Source: Nostoc sp. PCC 7120 = FACHB-418 (lineage in GTDB: Bacteria; Cyanobacteriota; Cyanobacteriia; Cyanobacteriales; Nostocaceae). From it: 32,000 bases of DNA. Position 1 is the stretch's first letter; every line of letters starts with the position of its first letter. Location: positions 1,830,001 to 1,862,000 of the forward strand of contig NC_003272.1 of assembly GCF_000009705.1 (NCBI RefSeq), written 5' to 3'. This document shows, in pieces, positions 15,982 through 24,200 of the stretch. Both the position numbers and the translations under genes were made by a program. The notes beneath the pieces are model-generated. The model ran no database searches and had not been told where the DNA came from. It worked only from the letters and a program-made list of their open reading frames with translations.

Positions 15982-17082
15982 ATGACTATAGCCGCCGATA
16001 GCTTAAAGTTGATTACAACAGTTGAACAATTGAAGTACTATCTCATCCAGGCAATGAAGATAGAACACGCAACCATTCCCCCTTACATGACAGCCCTTTA
16101 CTCTATTAAACCCGGAACAAATTTAGAAGCTTTTCATATTATCCGGGAGGTTGCTGTAGAAGAAATGTTACACCTAACTCTTGTAGCTAATGTTTATAAT
16201 GCCGTGGGAGGCTCGTTTGCATCACCAGTCCTGACAGCACCTAACTTTATTCCCAAATATCCGAGCTATCTACCTACAGGATCTACAGACTTTAAAGTAG
16301 GTTTAACCAAGTTTTCCAAAAAGACTATAGAGACCTTTCGTAAGATTGAACGGTCTCAGGATGTTGAAGAAGGTGATCCATTAGTTGAGTCTCGAACCTT
16401 ACAAGAATATTTACTAGAAGTTGTAGGCTGCGATCCGACCAAGACTTTCTACAGCATTGGCTTATTTTATGCAGAGATCATTCGTGGTCTCAACGCACTC
16501 TATAAAGAAAAGGGTCCTGATCTATTTTGTGGCGATCCTCAGCGACAAATCACCCCCGAATACTACTATAACGGTGGTGGAGACATCATCCCTGTGACCG
16601 ACCTGCGTTCAGCCATACGAGCTTTGAAAGTGATTCAAGATCAAGGTGAAGGGTCAAGAAGTGGAACAATCTATGATGCAGAACGAGAACTAGCCCATGA
16701 CTATCGTTTTCAGCAAATCTTATTAGAGCAATATTATGTGATCGACAAGGATGATCCGACAAAATCCGATCAGCCCAATGAGCCTACAGGCAAATCCTTT
16801 ACCGTAGATTGGAAGGCAGTTTATCCCATTAAAGATAATGCCAAACTGAGCGATTATCCAGAAGGTTCGGAAGTACGTACAGCAGCCTTAGAGTTTCACT
16901 CTGCCTATAGAGAATTCTTAACCAAAATTGAATACGCTTTTGATGGGCATCCTGAGCAGTTAATTCCCGCAGTTGGGGGAATGTTCCGCCTCAAAGAACA
17001 GGCTAATAGTTTAATGCGTAATCCTATTCCAGGAAATCCAGAGGTGAATGCGGCTCCTATTTTTCGGTTAGATAAGTTTTAG
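15982..17082 (+). CDS. Ferritin-like domain protein (VioB N-terminal-like family)
   Basis: 366 aa. LIQAMKIEHATIPPYMTALYSI and AVEEMLHLTLVANVYNAVGG resemble the four-helix 'ferritin-like' family as I recall it. No function assignable. Confidence 0.5.
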   Translation: MTIAADSLKLITTVEQLKYYLIQAMKIEHATIPPYMTALYSIKPGTNLEAFHIIREVAVEEMLHLTLVANVYNAVGGSFASPVLTAPNFIPKYPSYLPTGSTDFKVGLTKFSKKTIETFRKIERSQDVEEGDPLVESRTLQEYLLEVVGCDPTKTFYSIGLFYAEIIRGLNALYKEKGPDLFCGDPQRQITPEYYYNGGGDIIPVTDLRSAIRALKVIQDQGEGSRSGTIYDAERELAHDYRFQQILLEQYYVIDKDDPTKSDQPNEPTGKSFTVDWKAVYPIKDNAKLSDYPEGSEVRTAALEFHSAYREFLTKIEYAFDGHPEQLIPAVGGMFRLKEQANSLMRNPIPGNPEVNAAPIFRLDKF

Positions 17083-17128
17083 CTAACTTTGAGTTGAGAT
17101 TTAAACTTTTTGTGGAGGTAAATAATTG

Positions 17129-17605
17129 ATGGATATTAATACACCTGAATTTAGGGAGTATTTCCTTAATCTCTCAGTGGTTCTTACCGGTTTTTCCAAG
17201 TTTCAATTGCAGGGAACAGGCCTTGCTACTCTTTATTTTGAAAACATTCGGGACATCATTGGTGAAGATATATTTGGAGAACTCTTAACAAATTTTCATA
17301 AGTTGGAGGTTGAAAAAACAGAAAAAAACCACGAATCTATCAAACAAATATTGGCATCTGAAAAATTTGGCCCGATCGCCCGCAATATCATTAAGATTTG
17401 GTACATAGCTACTTGGTATGCACTGCCACAATCTTGGCGGGAAGTTTTTGGCACCAAAGAAAAGGATGGAACCTTTATTATCAGTCCGCAGGCCTATCCA
17501 GAAGGACTTTTATGGCCGGCGATCGGTGTTAACCCACCTGGGGCGAAAGGCCAGGGATACGGGACTTGGAGCGAACCCCCGTTAGTTAGCTTGAATAAAA
17601 GCTAA
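17129..17605 (+). CDS. Small protein, possibly the small subunit of a GMC-type sugar dehydrogenase
   Basis: The ATG at 17129 is preferred over the TTG at 17126, with GGAGG about 10 nt upstream. About 158 aa. The IIKIWYIATWY motif recalls small subunits of membrane FAD sorbitol/gluconate dehydrogenases. Linked to the GMC gene. Weak, memory-based call. Confidence 0.3.
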   Translation: MDINTPEFREYFLNLSVVLTGFSKFQLQGTGLATLYFENIRDIIGEDIFGELLTNFHKLEVEKTEKNHESIKQILASEKFGPIARNIIKIWYIATWYALPQSWREVFGTKEKDGTFIISPQAYPEGLLWPAIGVNPPGAKGQGYGTWSEPPLVSLNKS

Positions 17606-17709
17606 CATCTCTTCTGTGTAGGGGTTAACCTCAACCTCACCCAAGGGTAAAAAAAGACCCGTCTTTGATTTTGAAAAAATTGCACAATTTTCTAGTTTAA
17701 AGAGCAAAC

Positions 17710-18378
17710 ATGAGTATTAAATCCTGGTTTCTTAGAATCTCTACTATTGCCCTCTCAATTTTCTTTAGCTTAACGATCTTTATCTCACCCGCTAACGCTT
17801 TTGTTCCTTCAGATCAGACTAAGTTACTGGTAACAAACGCCTGTGTTAATTGCGATCTATCAGGAGCTGATCTATCGAATAAAGATTTATATGGTAGCGC
17901 ACTTGCTGGGGCAAATTTATCCAAAGCAAATCTTTCCGGTTCTCTACTCAATGATGCCAAGCTAGAAGGAGCTAACCTCACAGGAGCTAATCTATCAGAG
18001 GCTATCATGATGGGAACTGACTTATCAAGTGCCAATCTAACGGAGGCTAATCTTTCTCATGCAGATTTGTATAATGCCCTTCTGAGTAAGACAAAATTGT
18101 TAAACGCTAATTTAGGCGATGCAGATTTAACAGAGGCAGTTATCTCTGACGCAGATTTGTCTAATGCTTCGGGGAAAAATACAAAGCTCAAAGCGGCAGT
18201 TCTTTCTAGAGCAAATTTATCGAATGCAGATTTTTCCAGTAGCTACATGAGAAATACGAGATTATCATCTGCCATTCTTAAGGGAACTAATTTCTATAGA
18301 ACCGATCTGTCCAATTCGCTAATGCCTGACGGAACTACTTATAACGGAGATGTCGCTAAGTTTGGAGCTACTCAGTAA
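17710..18378 (+). CDS. Exported pentapeptide-repeat protein
   Basis: N-terminal signal-like segment ISTIALSIFFSLTIFISPANA, followed by about 30 consecutive A(D/N)LSx pentapeptides (ADLSN, ANLSK, ANLSG, ANLTG ...). Confidence 0.85.
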   Translation: MSIKSWFLRISTIALSIFFSLTIFISPANAFVPSDQTKLLVTNACVNCDLSGADLSNKDLYGSALAGANLSKANLSGSLLNDAKLEGANLTGANLSEAIMMGTDLSSANLTEANLSHADLYNALLSKTKLLNANLGDADLTEAVISDADLSNASGKNTKLKAAVLSRANLSNADFSSSYMRNTRLSSAILKGTNFYRTDLSNSLMPDGTTYNGDVAKFGATQ

Positions 18379-18534
18379 AACCTGAATCCTAACGATAATC
18401 TTGATGATGAGTCCTGAGAATATTTGAACACTCATCCTCGCAAAGGCATATCAATGAATTCTTCACTTGAAGCGGTGCTGACACTTGAAATTTAGAGAAA
18501 ATTTACACACCGCTTTAAGTTCACTCTCATGGTT

Positions 18535-18760
18535 AGCAATGAGTTTTATATGTGAATCCGATTTGATTTCTGTTGGCGTAGCCTGCGCTTGCACATAAAA
18601 TTATCCGTATCTGTAGGGTGGGCATTGCCCACCAGATCATGGTTTTGGTTGGCATTGCCCAATGCCACTTGCTCCAAGCCGGAACCCGTCCAACACAGTG
18701 GCTCCCCTACGTGTATTTCAAAAATCAAGTATGAGTCCTATATATATTTAACTCATTGCT
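18535..18760. mobile_element. MITE-like non-autonomous element with GC-rich internal palindromes
   Basis: 11-bp perfect terminal inverted repeats: AGCAATGAGTT (18535-18545) and AACTCATTGCT (18750-18760). The interior contains the palindrome GGTGGGCATTGCCCACC (18617-18633) and a related GGCATTGCCCAATGCC. It has no credible coding capacity, and I could not define a TSD. Confidence 0.45.
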
Positions 18761-18816
18761 GATTATTTGAGAGTTCTAATTTACATACCTGAGCAAAGAA
18801 TAGGAATCAATAAGTC

Positions 18817-19932
18817 ATGTTGGCAAAAAATGAGTGCAAGATTAATAGATCATCAATTTTGTCCAAAATCAAAGAGATTCGTCGTTTATTTGCCCTATCA
18901 TTTGTCTTTATCTTGGTGGGGATAAATAGCTTTATACTTCCCGCTACTGCTGCTCCAAGTGGAAACAATTCGGTTCTAGTATCTCTAGTTACTCCTTCAT
19001 CTAAACCTGCACTCTTAAACCCAACATTCGACCCCACAAAAGTCAATTTGGGCATCACACCGACTGGTTGGAGTAATAGTGATGATCTGACTATTGATCT
19101 TGACCCCCCTATCCCTTTTGAGCAGATTTTAAGTGAAATGGCACTATCTGGCTTCAAAGGTTCGCAAATGTCACCTAAGTTTCCCTCAAAAATCAAGGAT
19201 TTAAAAAAAGAGTTAAAACTTCGTGATTTGAAAATTTCTGAACCTTGGGTAGGAACTTTATTCACAGAGGGAAAGGACGATGAAACCCTTAAAGAATTCA
19301 ACAAGCAAGTAGCTTTCATGAAGGAAATGAAGGGCAAAAATATTGTGGTTGCTGAATTGGGTGGTGCTGTTCATCAAAAGAAATGTGTAGACCCTTTAGT
19401 TAACAGACCTCGTTTTACTGACGAGCAATGGGTGGATTTAGTTAAGGGGCTAAATAAACTGGGTTCCATCGCCAACGAAAACGGTATGCAGTTGGTTTAT
19501 CATCCTCATATTGGTACAGGAGTAGAAAACTTCGCGGATATTGACCGATTGATGAAAGGTACTGATTCTGAAAATGTTAAGCTGCTGCTTGATACTGGTC
19601 ATTTGTACTATGCAGGAGTTGATCCTCTAGCAGTCACTAAAAAGTATGCTAATCGGATCAAACACGTTCATCTGAAAAATATTCGTCAGCCAATTTTAGA
19701 TGCGTCGAAAAAAACTGGTCGTAGCTTTTTAGACTCCATCCGAGCAGGAATATTTACTGTTCCGGGAGATAAAGATGGTGCAATTGATTTTCAGCCAATT
19801 TTACAAGAGCTTGCTAAAGCTAAATATGAAGGATGGCTGATGGTAGAGGCAGAACAAGATCCAAACAAAGCTAATCCTTTAACTTATGCTTTAATAGCTC
19901 GTAATTATTTACGCCAAGTGACTGACTTATAA
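18817..19932 (+). CDS. Xylose-isomerase-like TIM-barrel protein, IolE (inosose dehydratase)-like, with N-terminal signal/anchor
   Basis: 371 aa. A hydrophobic N-terminus (LFALSFVFILVGINSFILPATAAP) is followed by LGITPTGWSNSDDL ... FEQILSEMALSGFKGSQ and HPHIGTGVEN ... LLLDTGHLYYAG ... GWLMVEAEQDP, which is typical of the IolE/AP-endonuclease-2 TIM-barrel family. Confidence 0.65.
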   Translation: MLAKNECKINRSSILSKIKEIRRLFALSFVFILVGINSFILPATAAPSGNNSVLVSLVTPSSKPALLNPTFDPTKVNLGITPTGWSNSDDLTIDLDPPIPFEQILSEMALSGFKGSQMSPKFPSKIKDLKKELKLRDLKISEPWVGTLFTEGKDDETLKEFNKQVAFMKEMKGKNIVVAELGGAVHQKKCVDPLVNRPRFTDEQWVDLVKGLNKLGSIANENGMQLVYHPHIGTGVENFADIDRLMKGTDSENVKLLLDTGHLYYAGVDPLAVTKKYANRIKHVHLKNIRQPILDASKKTGRSFLDSIRAGIFTVPGDKDGAIDFQPILQELAKAKYEGWLMVEAEQDPNKANPLTYALIARNYLRQVTDL

Positions 19933-19943
19933 CCTATTTCCAT

Positions 19944-19980
19944 GAATAGCATACCTTTAAAATTGCTATTCACTTTTGTT
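19944..19980 (+). terminator. Candidate rho-independent terminator
   Basis: GAATAGCA (19944-19951) pairs with TGCTATTC (19964-19971) across a 12-nt loop, followed by acTTTTgTTg. Begins 12 nt after the stop codon at 19932. Confidence 0.45.
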
Positions 19981-20342
19981 GTAATCTATTTCAACATTGT
20001 CATACTATCTACATCTGGGAAGCTGTTCCACATCTAAGTTTCATCTTTGCATCATATCCAAATATTGTGGAATAGATATTTTGCCAATCCTACTTATGTA
20101 ATTTAGATATGGAACAGCCTAGTCCTTACCTGTGTTTATGGGAAAAATAAAGGTAAGGATATAGGCTCTTCAGTTCCTTTTATGGAGTCGAATAAGAAAT
20201 AAAATCTAATCAGAGCCTATATTCCTTAGTAGGACTGGAGTTGAAGTTCTTAAGCCTTGCTATAAAACGGCTATTTCAATGCCACATCATAAAACCAACG
20301 CAAGAGCCAGAATATATAAGTTTTAGTAACCGAGGAAAACAA

Positions 20343-20732
20343 ATGAAATTGCATGATCAAGATCAGATCAGAAGCATATTTGAAGAAGTCTATCCCGATA
20401 ATGTCCGGGGGAGAGACTTATCTGCTTATGCCGATATGTATACGGAAGATGCTCTATGGATGCCACCGAATGGGCCCGATCGCTGCGGTATACCAGATAT
20501 TTTGGAAGGGTTTGCTGACACCATAGCTAATCAAGATATTGATCCGATTTTCACAGCCGAGGAAATCGAAGTTAAAGGCGATTGTGGTTATGTCATCGGT
20601 ATTTCTTTAGCCACAATTCGCCCAAAAGATGGCAGTCCATCAAGACAAGTCAAATATCGAGCTTTATGGTTAATGAAAAAGGATTGCGATCGCTGGAAAA
20701 TTTCTCGTCAAATTTGGAATGTAAAACCTTGA
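20343..20732 (+). CDS. NTF2-like / SnoaL-DUF4440-like small protein
   Basis: The ATG at 20343 has GAGGA 6-7 nt upstream and is preferred over the TTG at 20241. YTEDALWMPPNG ... WLMKKDCDRWKISRQIWN is typical of the NTF2-fold ketosteroid-isomerase-like family. Confidence 0.55.
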   Translation: MKLHDQDQIRSIFEEVYPDNVRGRDLSAYADMYTEDALWMPPNGPDRCGIPDILEGFADTIANQDIDPIFTAEEIEVKGDCGYVIGISLATIRPKDGSPSRQVKYRALWLMKKDCDRWKISRQIWNVKP

Positions 20733-20769
20733 TAATCTTGTAAAACTCTAATCCTGGGAATCTAAAAAA

Positions 20770-21159
20770 ATGGATACAGAAAAATATCATGAGATGCTTA
20801 AAACTTACTTTCGGTCTTTTGAAACTGGTGATTTTTCCCAAGTACAGTTTTCTTGTCACCTTGAGTTTCTGAGTCCTATTAGTGGTAATACTTTCAAAGG
20901 AATTGAGGAAGTTATATCTTTTCTAAAGGGTGTGACAACCCGTGTGTCAGAGGTGAACATCATGTCAACCACTGTTGAATACCCAAGAGCAAGTGGGGTA
21001 TGGCAGATGAGGACAACAAAAGGAATTCTATACACCCTACACAACTTCTTTCGTCTTGACGAAGAAGGTATTGTTTATATTTGGCCGATGTTTGATCCAA
21101 AAGCTGTGATAGAGAATCCCGACGCATTGATTCAATGGCTTACGGGTAAGGACTACTAA
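20770..21159 (+). CDS. NTF2-like / SnoaL-like small protein
   Basis: 129 aa. Size and pattern (YFRSFETGDFSQV ... FFRLDEEGIVYIWPMFDP) are consistent with the SnoaL-like fold. Weak call. Confidence 0.4.
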   Translation: MDTEKYHEMLKTYFRSFETGDFSQVQFSCHLEFLSPISGNTFKGIEEVISFLKGVTTRVSEVNIMSTTVEYPRASGVWQMRTTKGILYTLHNFFRLDEEGIVYIWPMFDPKAVIENPDALIQWLTGKDY

Positions 21160-21187
21160 GTAATACCAATTCAAAAAAAATAACAAA

Positions 21188-22192
21188 ATGAGTAAATTGC
21201 CAGCAAAGCCTGATATTTACATCAGCTTTTTTATGTTTACCACTAATTTGCAACCTGATAACTTAGATTATCGGCGAATTGTGGTAGCTCATATCAAAAA
21301 GCTGCAAACTTTTGGTTATAGTGGGTTTGAGTTTCCCATTGCTCCCGGACTTCCCGGAAATTACGCCCAAGATTTAAAAAATTACACGAATCTACGCCAT
21401 TGTTTGGACAGTGAAGGGTTAGAAAACGTGAAAATTTCCACTAACGTGGGAGCTACCCGCACCTTCGATCCTTCTTCTAGCTATCCAGAACAACGACAAG
21501 AAGCTCTAGAGTATCTAAAGTCACGGGTTGATATCACCGCCGCTTTAGGGGGTGAAATTATGATGGGGCCAATTGTCATCCCTTACGGCGTTTTTCCGAC
21601 AACAGACTTCAATGAACCTATCTGGAGTGATAAACTTCAAGAACATCTCAAAGTTCGTTATGCTAACGCCCAACCCGTTCTGAATAAGTTAGGCGAATAT
21701 GCAGAGAGAAAAAAAGTTAAATTAGCCATTGAACCGATCACCCATTGGGAAACACCAGGCCCCAACAAATTATCTCAATTAATCGAGTTTCTCAAAGGCG
21801 TTACGAGTAAACAAGTGGGAGTAGTCATTGATAGCGCCCATGAAATCTTAGATGGTGAGGGGCCAGAGATATTTAAAACACAAGTGGAGTATCTTGCCCA
21901 ACAAAGAAGACTGCATTATGTGCAAGTTTCTCCCCCAGATCGCGGCGCTCTTCATACCAGTTGGCTTCCCTGGAAATCTTTTTTAGCACCTATTCTCAAG
22001 GTTTATGACGGCCCGATCGCCGTGGAGATATTCAATGCTATCCCCGCTTTTGTGGACTCTCTGCGTCTGACCAGACGTAAGTTTTGGATACCTGATGAAG
22101 ATCCTCCAAATCAATACCCCAATGCTTACGATATTGCTCATGAGGCCATCAAGGTAACTCGAAAAGAATTAAATAAAATCAGCGCTAAATAG
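21188..22192 (+). CDS. Sugar phosphate isomerase/epimerase (xylose-isomerase-like TIM barrel)
   Basis: 334 aa. GYSGFEFPI, KLAIEPITHWETPG, VVIDSAHE and IAVEIFN are spaced as the metal-binding strands of this fold. Confidence 0.6.
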   Translation: MSKLPAKPDIYISFFMFTTNLQPDNLDYRRIVVAHIKKLQTFGYSGFEFPIAPGLPGNYAQDLKNYTNLRHCLDSEGLENVKISTNVGATRTFDPSSSYPEQRQEALEYLKSRVDITAALGGEIMMGPIVIPYGVFPTTDFNEPIWSDKLQEHLKVRYANAQPVLNKLGEYAERKKVKLAIEPITHWETPGPNKLSQLIEFLKGVTSKQVGVVIDSAHEILDGEGPEIFKTQVEYLAQQRRLHYVQVSPPDRGALHTSWLPWKSFLAPILKVYDGPIAVEIFNAIPAFVDSLRLTRRKFWIPDEDPPNQYPNAYDIAHEAIKVTRKELNKISAK

Positions 22193-22198
22193 TTGGCT

Positions 22199-24151
22199 AT
22201 GATAGTCTCCAAATCAAAACGCCTAACAATTGTCTCGGTTTTTCTAGTCTTTATCCTGGCTTTCGTTATTAGTATCTGCGGTTGGGAGCAGGCGATCGCT
22301 ACCCCCATAATTGGGACAAAAGAAGAAATGGGGGCTTGGGAAACTCTACCTATGCCCCCTCCAGAAGACAGAATGCAGTCTGTGCATACAATCTTGCTAC
22401 CTAATGGAAAAGTTTTAGTAGTTAATGGTAGTAGTTTTCGCACCACTCAAGTAAAAGAACAAGAGAACGTCGATCTTGTTGAGGGAGTTGATGTCAGAAA
22501 TTATGATGTCATCAATAATACAGGTCTTCTTGACCCTGTAACTGGAAAATTTGAGCGCATTCCCTCCCCACCATCTATCCAGGCTGGGGAAACCAATGAT
22601 TTATTCTGCACCGGACATCTGCAACTATCCAACGGTAACATTCTTTTTGTCAGTGGAACTGGACGCTATTACCCAGGAGGCGCATTTACAGGTAATAGAC
22701 AAATCAACCTGTATAACTGGAAAACCGGAACATGGTCGGCTCTAAAACCACTCAAACAAGGACGGTGGTATCCCAGTTTGATTTCCCTTGCTGATGGTAA
22801 AGTGGTTATCTTTTCAGGACTAAAAGTTGATGCGCCAAATCAGATTAATCCCACTTTAGAAATCTATGATCCCAAAACAGAAAAGCTCCAGTACATAGAC
22901 CTCACAACTATCAAGAATAGTCCTTTTAATACCAAACTCAAAGATGTAGATAGCTACGATAGTATAGACCTCTATCCTCGCGTCTTTCCTACTGCTGATG
23001 GTAGACTTTTGATTACCGGAGACGAGGCTGGTATTGCTGGGGTTTTAGTCCCACATAGCAGTAAAAAAAGCTATTTAATGTCTGTCAAAGAGAATACAGA
23101 GGGGGCATTATCTGTCAGCTTTGAAGTAGGCCCAGATAGGGCAGAAAGCTCCAAAGCCTATGGAACAGCCCTACAAGTTCCCAACTCAGAAGATGTCTTA
23201 CTCCTTGGGGGCATCATCGGCACTAATAGCATTAACTTTGGGCGATTAAATAATACTAATGGTTTCCCACCAGGATCAAGAGTTGCTACTAGTTTACAGC
23301 GTTGGCTATCTCCGGCAAAAAGTGGTGAAAAGAACGGCAAGTGGGAAATTGTGCCAAATTTTCTGGATAAGCCCAGAGCTAATCTCCAATCTGTAATTTT
23401 ACCGACGCAGGAAATATTAGTTGTTAATGGTGGCGAATATCCAGAGTATAAGCCTGTCTATGAGCCTCTGTTGATGACTGCTGCTGATGCTCCTGGGGGT
23501 TATCAAACCAAGCCGATGAATCCTGCAAAACTCCCCAGGCTATATCATAATGGAGCATTATTATTACCGGATGCTCGTGTTTTAGCGATCGGGGGCAATG
23601 CTAACCGCGCTTTAAGGGATGAAGATGGCACTGCTCATGTTGATATCTTACAAGATGCCAAGACCTATTATAAATTCGCCGATCTGAGAGATAAGTCTGG
23701 ACAGAATAAGAAGGAATTTAATCTAGAAGAATATTATCAAAATCCTCAAAGCTATTTTGCTAAAGATGACAAAGAACCCTTTGTGCCTGCGGAAATTTGG
23801 CAAGGGGAAATCTTCAGTCCTCCTTATCTATTTAAGCCTGGTTCTCGCCCTAAAATTCTTAAAGCTCCCAATAAGCTGGGATACAGTCAATCTAATACTA
23901 TATCTGTCAAGAATGCGACTAAAGATGGCTCTCTTGTCCTGGTAAAACTGGGGTCAGTAACTCACTCTTTCGATTATGGACAACGGTTAGCACAATTGCC
24001 ACTAGAAGATGTTGTTTTAGGAGATGAGTCTTCCATCAGCTTTAAAGCACCAGAGAATAAAAATCTTTATCCTCCTGGGTATTATATGATGTTTTACCTC
24101 AACAACTTAGGTAAGCCTTCCCTGGCGAAGATAGTCAAGCTTGCAGCTTAA
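22199..24151 (+). CDS. Galactose-oxidase/glyoxal-oxidase-type copper radical oxidase (GlxA-like), membrane-anchored
   Basis: The ATG at 22199 lies 6 nt after the preceding stop. N-terminal anchor LTIVSVFLVFILAFVISICGW. All galactose-oxidase-type active-site elements appear in order: LFCTGH (cross-link Cys, TGC at 22606-22608), GRWYPSL (Tyr), PRLYHNGALLLPDARVLAIGGN (Tyr-His) and SVTHSFDYGQRL (His). Kelch-like repeats plus a C-terminal beta domain. Confidence 0.75.
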   Translation: MIVSKSKRLTIVSVFLVFILAFVISICGWEQAIATPIIGTKEEMGAWETLPMPPPEDRMQSVHTILLPNGKVLVVNGSSFRTTQVKEQENVDLVEGVDVRNYDVINNTGLLDPVTGKFERIPSPPSIQAGETNDLFCTGHLQLSNGNILFVSGTGRYYPGGAFTGNRQINLYNWKTGTWSALKPLKQGRWYPSLISLADGKVVIFSGLKVDAPNQINPTLEIYDPKTEKLQYIDLTTIKNSPFNTKLKDVDSYDSIDLYPRVFPTADGRLLITGDEAGIAGVLVPHSSKKSYLMSVKENTEGALSVSFEVGPDRAESSKAYGTALQVPNSEDVLLLGGIIGTNSINFGRLNNTNGFPPGSRVATSLQRWLSPAKSGEKNGKWEIVPNFLDKPRANLQSVILPTQEILVVNGGEYPEYKPVYEPLLMTAADAPGGYQTKPMNPAKLPRLYHNGALLLPDARVLAIGGNANRALRDEDGTAHVDILQDAKTYYKFADLRDKSGQNKKEFNLEEYYQNPQSYFAKDDKEPFVPAEIWQGEIFSPPYLFKPGSRPKILKAPNKLGYSQSNTISVKNATKDGSLVLVKLGSVTHSFDYGQRLAQLPLEDVVLGDESSISFKAPENKNLYPPGYYMMFYLNNLGKPSLAKIVKLAA

Positions 24152-24200
24152 CCCTATTTTGTTACTTTGGCATGAGCATAATTGGCAAAGGAATTAATTC

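Noticed and set aside
18546-18728. 60-aa minus-strand ORF (..LVGNAHPTDTDN..)
   Set aside because: It lies wholly inside the MITE-like palindromic element. The amino-acid sequence is a translation of GC-rich repeat DNA.
18807-19337. 176-aa minus-strand ORF
   Set aside because: It overlaps the 5' half of the IolE-like gene, which has strong family motifs. The antisense ORF has none.
20241-20342. TTG start extending the NTF2-like ORF by 34 codons
   Set aside because: The ATG at 20343 has a well-placed GAGGA, and the N-terminal extension has no fold-related features. The shorter gene is preferred.
20650-21044. Minus-strand ORFs 20650-20859 and 20856-21044
   Set aside because: They overlap the two NTF2-like + strand genes and their spacer. 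They are low-complexity with no motifs.
22138-22446. 102-aa minus-strand ORF across the TIM-barrel/oxidase junction
   Set aside because: It is antisense to two well-supported + strand genes.
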